Made by a program: the position numbers and the translations under genes. The notes below the pieces were generated by a model. It saw only the letters and a program-made list of their open reading frames with translations, did not search any database and was not told the DNA's origin. A stretch of 64,000 bases of DNA from Antedon mediterranea (taxonomy: Eukaryota; Animalia; Echinodermata), in assembly GCF_964355755.1 (NCBI RefSeq), contig NC_092673.1, positions 29,261,648 through 29,325,647 on the forward strand, written 5' to 3'. This document shows, piece after piece, positions 49,248 through 62,000 of this stretch. The number at the start of each line of letters is the position of its first letter. The stretch's first letter is position 1.

Positions 49248-51711
49248 GACCCCATTTACACTTACGATTTAGGTCCTGGGCCGGTTGCAAATATTTACCT
49301 TTTAGTAGGTATCCCAATGAAGCGGATTTTCGTTACCGCGATTTTAACACGTTCGTGAAATTTCAAAAAGTGACGTGTCTTTGAAGTTAAAAATATACTA
49401 TTTCTGATATACCCATGTGAATAAAAATTATATATCTGGAAAGATCTTGTTTAAGGGATTATTTTCATATATTTTTAATCTATGTTTATTAAATATTTTA
49501 ATAGAAAACGCGAGTTAAAAATGAGGTACAAAAGCCGGCGAGCCGAAATCCGCGCGCTAAAAATAACTTTGGAAAACACCTACCCATTTTCAAAACACGA
49601 TCGCACGAGGTCCATAATAGGTGGTGGAGTAATTTTTGTTGCATGTTATCAGGCTTTAAATACTCTTTATTTTGATATGTAAATCGGTTATTATTATTAT
49701 GTACATCCGCCTCAAATGTCAATTTTAACGATAAAAATTGAATTTTTTAGTCTTTCTCATTATCAAAATCTGGCTAATTTAGTATTGAATTGAAGCTAAT
49801 TTATATTTCTGTTTGATAAACCACATCGTTTTATTTGACTTTGCGTGGACCTCGTGCGAAGAGGCCAACAAGACCAACCACTGAAAAAAATAATCCCTAC
49901 CATAAATATCAGTGTTTACCATTTTCCTTACGGGGGGGATTCAGTTCTCCGCTTATTACTAAATTATCGTCGCCCACACAATGTGCATGGTATGCATGTA
50001 TTAGCGCGTTAATTAATGATTGGATAACCCCTGCAGTGGACTGTTCCATTTTCTGAACTAGTCTTCGCCGCACACGAGGCATGTCGAAAAATGTCGCCTC
50101 TCATGGAATATTTGCTTCGAAACGTCAATTTTACCGATTTATTAAATTATTTAATAAGTGGAATATTTATAAATCTACTATATAAAGCAAGTACGTTAGG
50201 AAGAAATGTACCGAAGAAATTTAAGAAGCTTTGATTTTGCTATGCAGCGGCCGTAAGCCATTCTATGTAGGCGGCCGAAACGCGCTTTGGCCTGTGTTGC
50301 CGTTGTATGTCTACGCTGTTTCTAGGCCTAAATTTTATTCCGTATATTTCAATTCAAAGTGCAACTTTCGGTTAGAATAATCGAAAGGAAAATAAAATTA
50401 AACATGCTACAATTATACCATTGAGGTAATTACTTTGTTAAATAAAAAATTTCTTCCCGATATTTCTTAGGCAGAATTTAGCGTCAGGCTTTTATTTAGA
50501 CCTTGCTAGCTAGGGGCCTATCTTAACTTGTAGTAGGCGCGGCCGAGTCTACGTTCGGCCCGGCGCTCCAAATGGAATCGAACACATAATAAGCACGGGC
50601 TTAATTCTTATTTTTGGCGGTTCGAAAATCAATTTATATAATATATGATTATAAATATAACTTTAAATACTAGAATTATTTAAAAAATGTATACTTACGA
50701 AAAATAATATTTAATGAAAAGAAACAATACCCACACAGTTTTTTAACGCAATATTTTTTTTTTTCACATTTTAACATTTTTTAACAATATTTTATGTTGT
50801 ATTTCAGAATTACCTACCTGTCAATATAAATAACCTTACTAAAATAAATATTACATTTTATGCAATGCAAAAAAAAAGAAGTTAATTCACACATTGGTTC
50901 AAAAGTTATGAATCATTTAAAGACAGGAACTTTTTGGGCATTTTTGAGACATTGGGAAAATCACGCGTAAAAAGCCCTCGGACGAATTTTGTAGGGCGAT
51001 ATCTAAAAAAAAAAATGTTGAAGACACCCAAAAAAAATTTTTTCTTGTACAACTCTGTTGTATCTATGGGTTTGGAAAAAATAAGAACTTTAAAATTATT
51101 AGTATAAAAGTTATAACCCTTCAAAAATGGGTTTAAATATAATTAGAAAAAGTGCCATTTTTCAAGCAAAAATCACTGTTTTTTGGGCACTTTAACGGAC
51201 CATAACTTTTGAATGGATAATCCGATTTCAATCATTTAAATTGCAAAAGTTTATGTTCAGTAAGTTCCTTCTGATTAACTGAAAGAAAAAGTACCATCAT
51301 TAATTTGAATTTTTACATTGGGATACCTACTTTTAGGCCGGCCCAGAGCGTTTACACTAGCGACGCAGATTACTGGTCGTAAATAATTTTATCGGAAGTA
51401 CCATTGCATGCTGGGATACGAAGTACAGTTTGTTTACATTTTTCTCTCGTTTTTCCGTGCGAACCGACCGTTTTAATATATTTATACTGTATTGTTTTTA
51501 GTCCCGTCATAACAACAACCTCATAAAAAGGTCAAACGTTGTTCACGGTTCACTGCGTAAGCCGGCCCAAAACGTAAAAGCCGCTCCTGAACCTACCTGG
51601 AGAGGTGGCCCAGATCTGCGTCCGGCCCAGGGCCGGCCTAACTTTTTGGAGTATTTACACTTATCAATTGCCGACCCAGGGCCGGCCTAAATCGTAAGTG
51701 TAAATGGGGTC
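49248..51711. mobile_element. PIF/Harbinger-type MITE carrying a nested insertion
   Basis: TIR GACCCCATTTACACTTACGATTTAGG and its complement, TTA TSD on both sides. Confidence 0.85.
49305..51330. mobile_element. Nested 2-kb non-autonomous DNA element
   Basis: TIR GTAGGTATCCCAATG/CATTGGGATACCTAC, flanked by TTTTA on both sides; no credible ORF. Confidence 0.75.
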
Positions 51712-53026
51712 TTAGTCTAGTGTGATGAGAGTCCCACTTACTGTATTGTAGAGTACCTAGATTAAATAACAAACTTATGCTCTCCTGAGGAAAAGCCATG
51801 ATACAAAGCAAAGACAATCCCTCTAAAATAATAGAAAGACAAATAACAGACTAATCTGCCAACCACGCCTTCATGTGGACATACCTCAACATTCTATCTT
51901 TGTTAATAGCAGTGATAACAATGAACAAAATCACCTATTGTTGTATATTATTAACGAACAAATAAGACAGTTCATGCAATTTAAACAATTGACTATCTGC
52001 CTTCTCCGGGAGGCATGTCTCCGAATTGTCATGGAAAAAATAAAATTAAAATAGATACTAGACATAGTTTAGGTGACCCCTGGTACCATGCAAAATGATT
52101 GCAGTTTTTGGTTTTATCCGTTTTCTGTATATAGTATCAAAATTATTTTCAATTTGTGTACACAATATCAACATGCTTCATCATTCAATACAAAATATAC
52201 ATTCTAAAACTCTGGACATGGCAATTGTAAGTGATACTGTACATAACGTTATTTAATATAAAAATAAAATATTAAGTGATTCTTCCTCTATCTTATCAAT
52301 CAAATTGCAAGAGTGACAGTAGAACACATAGATCATGTCTGTCAAATGTATCCTAAAGCGTGTCTGTGATATATTGAGACAAATGTAATCGCCTGTCGAA
52401 TACGTTGGTAGCCATTTTATAGGATTCTGACCCAGTTCTATTGACTAGTTCTATGAAATCAAGTTTCCTTTTGGCAAGCTAAAGTTGAAGAGCTGCAGGA
52501 TCATATAAAGCCCAAGAGGGTATGTAAGGATCACTGCGTTAGGGCCATTGTACTTCCAATTAAGGGGCCTAGATCAAGCAAATTGTGTCAAGCTTACGGC
52601 AATCATAGTAGTTGTACATGACCAGTAAAAAAATAACTTAAAAGATTAGTGTTTGGATCTTGGAAGAAGGGTCATAGGGTTCTTATCGAGGACATCGCAA
52701 GTTCAACTTGTGCCTGAGGCAAGTAAGGATCATTACTCATCCCAATGTCTATTTCACATTCGTAAAAAGTCCAAAAAGCGTGCCAGAATACCAGTTTACT
52801 CGTAGAAATACTTATGATTCACGTGCAGCTTATGACGACGAAAATTTAATACAAAAGTTAATCGTGATTGAAAGATCGATGTTCAATTTTTTTTTAATTG
52901 AAAAATCTGATCGACAGTGTCTTATCACGAATTGTGTTGCGGAGATTTTTTGGTACCTCACAAAGTATCCCGTGTTACATAAACATACAATTCGTCTTGT
53001 TTGTTTCACAAGAAAGTGTTCACTTA

Positions 53027-53191
53027 AGCTCTGTCTCCACACAAACTAGATTGACAAAAAAAGTGTGATGTACCCAAATATGGTAGTGATATGCTCAAAT
53101 ATGTTAGTGATATGACATGATCTTCATGTCCATATATTGGCAGCACATCACATTGTTTTGTCACATAAAAGTTTGATAGTGTAGACCGAGT
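53027..53191. mobile_element. MITE family A
   Basis: TIRs and core. Confidence 0.8.
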
Positions 53192-54287
53192 TTTACAGTA
53201 ATAGTGGCGTACCCTGATTATCCCTAAGGAGAGGCTGAGTACTTACCTTTTCCATATAGATGATGAAATAACAACAACGAGTGCACAGACAACAAAAACA
53301 TGAATTTTCTACAGTACAGTATCATATCAACAATGTGCTATAATCAAGAAATGGTAAACCACTGTAGAACTCAACAGTAGGTCTGCAGAAATCAAGAATG
53401 ACCGATTTTTTTTTATAAAGACCAAGATAGTAATTATGTCAGTATTGCAATTATAATAAATATGAATATTTTCTTTAATTTATAATAAAAATATTGTTAA
53501 TTGTTTGCATTATTACTCATGCATGAAAACATTGACAAAGTTATCTGCAATATAAAAACATTTATGATACTCTATACAGATACTGTATTAATATAATATG
53601 ACCTAATTTCTGGGTTTGCTTATAATAATAATAAAAGTGTAGTCATATTTTAGCTTTTGCTATAATTTAATATCAGTATTATTTATGATAAATGTGAGCT
53701 ATTTATAATTGTAACGTCATCATTTAAATGGACATTCTGACTGCAATTCAAAACCTTAGACAATCAAAGTACAGTTGACCTAGTAATGGTTCAAGATCAG
53801 GCCTACTTACTCTGATTACGACCTAGGTCTTAGGTCTTTAGGTCATCTTAGTGTCAGCACTTCTCTACCACTACAGTAGTCGTCAGCTATGCATCACTGA
53901 TTTCCTTACATAATAATATCATTGAGTTGAATGGTTCACTCAGTCTAGGCTGCTGTGTGCAGTGCTCAATGGTTATCTCTTGGCATACTTTTCTAGACTT
54001 TTATGAGAATGATAGATTTCTTGTATTTCATAAAAAGGCAGAACATTCCATACAAAATAATTTATTCTATGTTTTTATTTTATGCCAAACAAATTGCCAT
54101 CTTTAACTTTTATAGATTGAATTGATATTACAGTACATGGTTTGTCGATAAATAAAAACCTATTTGGGAATAAACTATTTTCTTTTTATTCACCAAATTT
54201 TCACAATTTGTACTCTGTTGAAGGGTTTGAAGAAAGTTTTTGTGAAGTGCCCTGAAATCGGGAGAGAAGGAATATGGTAAACCTGTA

Positions 54288-54475
54288 AGGCCGAGTGGCT
54301 CAGTGAGTTGGACTATTGATCGTGAGATCATGGGTTTGAATCCGACACTCATCACATTGCTTGTATCCTTGGGCAAGACACTTTAGTTACATTTGCCTCT
54401 CTCCACCCTGACAAATGAGTACCTGGTAAGGTCAAGACACAGCTTTGCACTGATTACTAACTGCATTATGGGTAA
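54288..54475 (+). mobile_element. CORE-SINE fragment
   Basis: TGGCTCAGTG A box, GGTTTGAATCC B box, CCTTGGGCAAGACACTT core. Confidence 0.8.
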
Positions 54476-54839
54476 TAACATTTGGCAATGACTGATACTA
54501 TTATTAGAAACACTAATATCCAACATAAATGGTTGATCATTGATTCAGCTCATACGATATTCTAGTACTGTGATGACTAGATTAAAGTGACTTAATTTGA
54601 TTGATGAAATCTAAGCTGATTGAGGATTATGGACAGTGTAACTGGAAATAGATATACTCACCTAAATAACATCATTAATAGTTAAATTTAACTTAAATTC
54701 CATTCACACAATGCTATATAATGTTGCTGATGTTTCGCAAAATATTTTGAATTTTAGTATTCATCGAAGCAAAATGAAACTAAATTTGATATTTAGAAAT
54801 TACGGTTTTACTAAACCCTGCAAACACTACAAACCACTA

Positions 54840-54988
54840 AATCTCTGTCTACACTATCAACAAGAAAATGTGATGTGCCCATATGGATATGATGATGTCA
54901 TATCACTACCATATTTGGGTATATCACTACCATATTTGGGCACATCACACTTTTTTTGTCAAACTAGTTTGATAGTGTAGACAGAGCT
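54840..54988. mobile_element. MITE family A
   Basis: TIRs and core. Confidence 0.85.
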
Positions 54989-55961
54989 TTATAATTGGTT
55001 ATTTTTTGTAGGCTTAGGAAAATAATGTTCAAATGCACCCATTATTACACTTAACATTCTTTCATGGAACGATGCCATATTGTCCTAGATTTTGTGGTAT
55101 GTGTGAAATTGACATTTGATATTTTGAACACATTGTGTAAATGTTTACCGCCTTTTAATTTGGTTTTTGTTGATTATAATGCATGACGAGTTCCATTGTA
55201 TTAATTCTGTATTGGGAACAAAAGCATAATATAATGAACAAATTAATTTAATAATAGACGAATTAATAATTAGGCCACACAGATTAAGTTGAAAAAAAGA
55301 ACAATTTAAGAAAAGTGGTATTACCTCTTGTTGTACAGTATATATAGAGTTACCTTTTACGAAAATGTTAAGATGTATTATCCCCCAAAAACTTGAAAAA
55401 TAGGTTAATAAAATCAGACTTTGAATAGGTTATGTTACAGTTTTAATAAAGTTATTCACTTCCTGTAGAAAAAAATTATTTCAATTAAAAAAGACAAAAG
55501 AAAACATACAATTTAGGGTTTGCTTTTCAGGAAAATATATTCTATTTCGTGACATATGCAAATTTTTATGAATGAAAAAATTGTTCGATAACTACATTTT
55601 CATTTAATCCAGCTATGCATGTTTTACCGCCGGGGGACAGGTGCTATACCCGTTGTGTTGCATCATCACCATTCAAATCATTATGCTTTGTGAATGATAG
55701 GGGCGGTAAAATAGATAACCAAAGAGGCTTTGTAATATGCATTGCGTATATATTATATGGCAAAATACATTATTGCCAAGTTCTTAGTTTGCAGAGCTTT
55801 TGTGTACTGCTTCCTGTCCAGGTGGTACTGTACTGAACCGCTCTTTTATATCAAAAGAAGTATTCCGAAATAGCACATGTATGCCGGTGTCTTGTTTTGT
55901 CGTTGGTTGTAGCTGAAGTTTATTTTCAGTCACTTTTTTAAATTGTTTTTATTAAACATTA

Positions 55962-56117
55962 AACAGCGAGTAAAACTCAACAACTACAGGATGGATAAAC
56001 TATTTAATAATTTATCATTATTATAAACTACGTCTCATTTGAGGCTTGAGGAGTGGATTTGAAATGAAAGAGTCATGGGTTACACTAGGTCAGGATTTAA
56101 CCCCGTACCTTGGGATT
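55962..56117 (-). mobile_element. Same tRNA-Gly-like SINE family, 5' truncated
   Basis: Shared acagcgagtaa..caggatggataaactat..gtctcatttgaggctt. Confidence 0.7.
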
Positions 56118-56863
56118 TTCATGAAGATATAAATCAAAATTGTTTTTTTTCTTGATCCTTCTAGCAAAATATTTATTATATAATTATGAATTTTAATGGA
56201 AATAGCAAAAGCTATCTATGTAATGGCTGTGACCATTGCAGAGAAATAGGTGGGTCATTCCATCTCAGATCACCCAATGAGTTAAACCCTACCTCTTCCA
56301 ATTTCGATGAAATTTGGTATATGGGTGATTCATAGCAATTAAAGCCAAAATTTCAAATTTTAACTTTATCAGACCAACGGTTTTCAAGATATCGCAATTT
56401 CAATTTTCGGTTTTTATGCAAAAAAGGGCGCGTCCGCCACGTTTCAAAGAGCTGTATCTCGGGAACTATAGGTTCGATTTTAAAAGCAAAGGTATTTTTG
56501 TAAAGGGGAGACCATAAGGAATCTAAATATACTAATTGTGTGTGTTTTATGTTAATTTTAAGTTGAATAAAACTTTGACATATATTTTGACCTTGAAATT
56601 TCCCCCGTGGAACACGCCCGTTTTGTTGGTGACTATCATGAAAAATGTAGCCCAACGTGTCAACTACAACATATAAAAAAATTGGAGGGGTTTTTTTCTT
56701 TGTTTCCATGAAATTACAATTTGAAGTTGACATACCTCTTCCTTTTAGTGTATTTTTGGTGTCTGTCCATGCATTACTTCAATGTCAATTTGATGTATTC
56801 CAAAATTAATTTTATTTACAAACTAAATATTATTATAATGTTACAATTGTCTATGTCTGGCCT

Positions 56864-58075
56864 TTACTCCTTGTCATCTGGACAATTCAAACAGTATTTA
56901 GAAATGTTGTGGCGATCATTTTGGGAAATACTGTAATTCCTAGTCGAAGCGGATTTTATAAACGGAGAGGCTATAATACAATGTACATTTGATTCAGGAA
57001 TCCAACAACAGTCTTCTTTGGACGGCCAATAAAAGGTTTTCGCTGACCCATGAGGATGCATAAATTTAATTTGAAAATCCCCAAACTCTTCTGCGAGTGA
57101 GACATCCACCACCAAACCAATCCATGGGACACCATCATAACTACAGCACACAAAATTCTGAATTCTAATAATGGTGGGTTGTGTATCAGCAACAATTTCA
57201 TTTTCATCACTGAAAGATTCTTGAATCACTACCACATCCGGAGGGTTTATCTGGGTACTTTGTAGACCTGCATCTGTGCCAGAGAAACGGGAACAAAGCG
57301 ATGATATTGTAATGTACCCTTGATGGTCTGGGCGAGGTTGAATCTCGGCTTTATTTCTTTTTCCACAGTAGATACCTCATCTATTCCCACATGAAAAAAG
57401 TTGATGCCTGGAATGTCCATATGAGCGAGTCATATGGCCGAGCGGTTAAGGCAGGGGCGCCGTTTACCGTACCTAAAAGAGCCAACAACAACATCGGCAA
57501 GGGTTCGAGGCCGACTCGCTCCGTTCTGGTGGTGGAACAAGTCTTCTCGGATAAGGACTATAAACCGTAGGTCCAGTGTACACAGTTATAACATGTGTGT
57601 ACTTTAAAGAACCCAGTTCATTATTCGAAAAAGAGTAGGGGGTTACCCCGGTGAACTGGTTCACACAATAGCCCCTGTATCAGGGGGATTACCACCTATC
57701 TGATAGGACAGTGATTAATTCACCATTGATAATCCTTGGCCACATTGCCTAAAGACATAAAATAAAAATAAAAAATTACACAGTAGTCGAACATACTGAG
57801 AGATGTGATAATATGACATTCAGTCAAACGCTGTAAGCTTCTCTTAGTGACAAGCCTCTTAACTGTTCCACCTATGCCATCAAACGCACTCTTGCCATGT
57901 GATGTAGCGAAAAAATTCCACTCGGCGTCTAAACCAAAATCTTCCTGGTGGTGGCAAAGGTTAATAAAGTTATATTTGTTTTTGTATTGGCCGCCACATC
58001 CATCTGTGAAATAATGAACTTTTTTCATGGTTGGTAGTTTTGTTTTTATATAGGGGATGACAACCTTTAAAAAGA
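56864..58075 (-). pseudogene. Transposase remnant (YFTDGCGGQYKNKYNF...WNFFATSHGKSAFDGIGGTVKR; C-terminal WIGLV..IKFMHPHG..FYWP..EDCCWIP)
   Basis: ORFs 57720..58028 and 56864..57235; N-terminus deleted, SINE insertion, frameshift near 57245. Confidence 0.85.
57423..57776 (+). mobile_element. tRNA-derived SINE with a Deu/Nin central domain
   Basis: A box TGGCCGAGCGG, B box GGTTCGAGGCC, core TCGGATAAGGACTATAAACCGTAGGTCC...AAAGAACCC...TTCGAAAAAGAGTAGGGG, A-rich tail. Confidence 0.85.
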
Positions 58076-58955
58076 CCTATACAGTTAACTGTTGTATGTT
58101 CTCTGCAATCACTTATTATGCATATGTTAATGTGCATAATAACATAGTAAGGACACTAAACTATGTGTCAAAATTGATTTGAAAAGTATGTGAGTTACCC
58201 AGTATTTCTCATATCAAAATATATCTACTGTTTAAGTGGGCCTGATGAGAAAGCGTAACAATAAGACACCTTAACAGTTAGTGTTCACACTGTGTATAAA
58301 GTATAACAACACCAAAAATACACTAAAAGGAAGAGGTATGTCAACTTCAAATTGTAATTTCATGGAAACAAACCAAAAAACCCCTCCAATTTTTTTATAT
58401 GTTGTAGTTGACACGTAGGGCTACATTTTTCGTGATAGTCACCAACAAATCGGGCGTGTTCCACGGGGTCAATTTCAAGGTCAAAATATATGTCAAAGTT
58501 TTATTCAACTTAAAATTAACATAAAACACACACAATTAGTATATTTAGGTTCCTTATGGTCTCCCCTTTACAAAAATACCTTTGTTTTTAAAATCGAACC
58601 TATAGTTCCCGAGATACAGCTCTTTGAAACGTAGCGGCCGCGCGCTTTTTTGCGTAAAAACCGAAAATTGAAATTGCGATATCTCGAAAACCGTTGGTCT
58701 GATAAAGTTAAAATTTGAAATTTTGGCTTTAATTGCTATGAATCACCCATATACCAAATTTCATCAAAATTGGAAGAGGTAGGGTTTAAAATTCCATTTT
58801 TTTTGGGTGAACTGAGATGGAATGACCCAGGTGTAAGTGTACAACAATTTTTAAATATAAATTTTCTGTTCCAACAATACATAGTCAAATGGCTGAAGAG
58901 GTAATAATGGGTGTCCCACACTGAAAGAAATGGGAATATTAGTCAGGTGGTTTTA

Positions 58956-59092
58956 AGCTTTGTCTATTAAAATTTATGTGACAAAAAAATGTGATGTGCC
59001 CATATGTGGACATGATGATGTCATATCACAACCATATTTTGGTATATCACATTTTTTTTTGGTCAAACTAGTTTGATAGTGTAGACAGAGCT
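58956..59092. mobile_element. MITE family A
   Basis: TIRs and core. Confidence 0.8.
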
Positions 59093-62000
59093 CAAGATGC
59101 GAAAGAAGACAAAGGTTAGTCTTTTATAAATATAGCTATTAATGGAGAAAATATGGGAGATTTTTAGAATATGTATCCTCGCCTACAAATAATCACGCTA
59201 TAGTACTTACTGTGACTGATATACAGACATTACTCAGCAACAAGTGAAACTGCCAATCCTAACATTAAATCAATTGTACAACATGATTAGTGGTAACATT
59301 TGTGTGTGACAGTTTAACTTAATTTTCAATCTGTCATCCCGTACATTGAACCATTGACCTCTCACTGGATCAGTTAGATCTCAAATTTTAAATTGCGCCA
59401 GTTGTTACCATCCATTTTTACGGAAACTATACTACTACTACTACTACTACTACTACATGTATGTTTAGATTTTCCCTGTTTTTTGCATGTCGTAGTTTGT
59501 TAGTGAGCATCTGCTGACAATGTCAAACCAAGAACAGAAAACAACAGGTTAATTGCGCGCCAGACAATGGTATCCGGTCAATACTGTACATTTATTGATG
59601 CGTATTATGTACCGGATAGTGATGGCAAAGGGATGCGCTTGTGCTCTATAGTCTAGATTAGTCACTCACTTGTGGTTAACTACTTTGAAATGACGGAAAC
59701 AATTGGTAACGTCCATCTTTGTTGTAAACACAACATACATGTTGTTCTTCATGTATCTGTTATCAATCTTTTTTGTAGCTTTCCCAATTTATAGGTAACT
59801 TTTTTTGTTGTCAGCGTTGGATTATCTAAACGTCGTCGTTTCTGGTTTATCTTGTGGTGGTCCAGTTAGTACCTAATTTGTAAGTAAGTTAATTAGTTTA
59901 TTACTCAATCTGTTTGCATTAAACAATACCTCATAGCACCATTCGTTATTTTAATTTTATGTTAATTAAAGAAGATTTAGATTCGCAACCACCTAGGAAT
60001 GTGTCCAAGTTGTTGTCCAGCTCTGTACATTTTTTCGTGACACTCATATCCCCTAAACCACAGCACATGTCAAACTTATACAAATAGTACCTCCATGTAA
60101 TATATGTCATAGGTCAACACAAAATTGAAAGTTCTATGTTACTTCGTCAGGAGCATTAACATTTTATACTGTACAGTACGTGCTCATTATGATTTAAAGT
60201 GGTTAGGAGTTGAAAACTGTTCTGTGTATTCCGTTTTAATAATAGCATACATCAAGAGGCATGCTTATTAATTTCAAAAGATATTCTGATTAATAAACAT
60301 ATTTATAGAGTTCACTAACACATTTCTTGGTTTGTCTGATCACTGGGATTATTAGCAATAAATTATTGTATAAAATCTCTTTGTGAATGTAAGCACATTG
60401 ATTGACATGTGTGGATCTAGGCTCGCTAGCACTTGGTAGCGAATGCAACAGGTTCAACGTATGATTCGTGCCAAGTAACATTACATATACCTCAGGTGTT
60501 ATTTAAAAGGCTTTAGTGGATTTGAAATGATTGAAGAATAGACTGTATGCTTTGACGTTAAAGTCAATCAATGTATTTCATGTCATATTTATAAAGTACA
60601 TAGCTTTAAGAAATCTAGACATTCACGCCCCAATGTTTGATAAACGACAGCAATAGAACTCTTTTTTTTGGTCTGTAGTGTAATCATCATCCTGTCATTT
60701 CATACAATACCTTAAAATATTGTTTAAAATACTGAATTTGATTTGCTGTATAGAAATGAAGTGAGTGGATAGTTTGAAATGTTTCTAATGCTTATCATCT
60801 AAAAGTGCAATATAACACCTAACCATTAAATAGACTGAAATAATGCATGGCATAGATACACAAACTTCTCAACTCTCCTGATAATTGTGATAGTCTCTTG
60901 ATACTTGTAGTGTCATCTTCCGTACATTTCAATCTCCCGATTTTTTAGATAAACAAAAAATATTGTCAACAATTTACAATTTCTACTAAGCTCTAGAGAA
61001 ATGAATATAAAACACATCAGTCGTTTATACATTGTTTAATACGTGAAATAATGGTTAGGCTCCGCATTTTCCTCCTTTGGCATGGCTAACATGTGTGTTA
61101 TAAATATCTCAGCTTGAATAACGAATAACTGGAGAAGATTACTTTAAAATGGAGATTAAAAACAAATTATTGCTTCGAGGTTTCTATAAATAACAGAACC
61201 TCATTGGAATTTAAAATATCTTCTTAGAAATTAAAGGTTTATTTTTATCTTCGCTGATATATAGCTAATGTTAAATAAGAACCAACTTAGTAGTACTAAT
61301 TAGCAGCTATCACATGTAGTAGTAATTTAGTTTACAGTATATTAAAAATGTTGAATTAATACTTGTGTCATTTATCAAGCAACCTGCGCTATATGAATGA
61401 GCTTTTAAAAGGAAGTCTTAAATTTGTTATCTTTTTTATTACAATTTTAATAAAAGGCATTTGAGGTGAATTTCTATATTTAATAAAAATTCTCCCAGTT
61501 GGCCTGTTAAATTTCCATTTTAGCAATATTTGGAAAGTTGTTGCCAAAACCTTAATCCATTGATCCTATGAACGTGATGATTTCTAAAATTATAAGAGAT
61601 TAAGTGTACTTAAATTTGGAATGACTTTCTGTATGGTTACATTTCAATGATTGAATATAATGTAGATATGTTTGTTTTTATTTTCTTACTCAATAGACCA
61701 AAACATTGTTGATCGTTTTCATACAAACTCTGAACCACGCAATAATATTAATAGACCAGTCGGATCTGGAGGCAGGTGTCACTTTTCTGCAGAATTTTCC
61801 AAACCAACTTTTTCTAGTGCATTTTTTGACGTAGATTACGAATCTGGTTGTTGATCGGACTAACGTGGGGGCTTTTTAAAGATATAAACGTTTAAAATCT
61901 TGATTTTTGAGAGCCGAAATTAATCAAAATAAAACAAATTTAGACAATAGAGGGCGCACTTTCTACATAATTATGAGTAAATTGGATTAAAAAAGACTTC

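Larger units (their letters stand above)
56252..58828 (-). mobile_element. Decayed Sola2-like DNA transposon with about 510-bp TIRs
   Basis: Termini GGGTCATTCCATCTCAG...CTGAGATGGAATGACCC, 4-bp TSD AGGT (56248-51 and 58829-32), internal transposase remnants. Confidence 0.85.

Noticed and set aside
52290-52750. Possible old CR1-type reverse transcriptase remnant (LGPL-like)
   Set aside because: Too degenerate to support by eye; needs BLASTX
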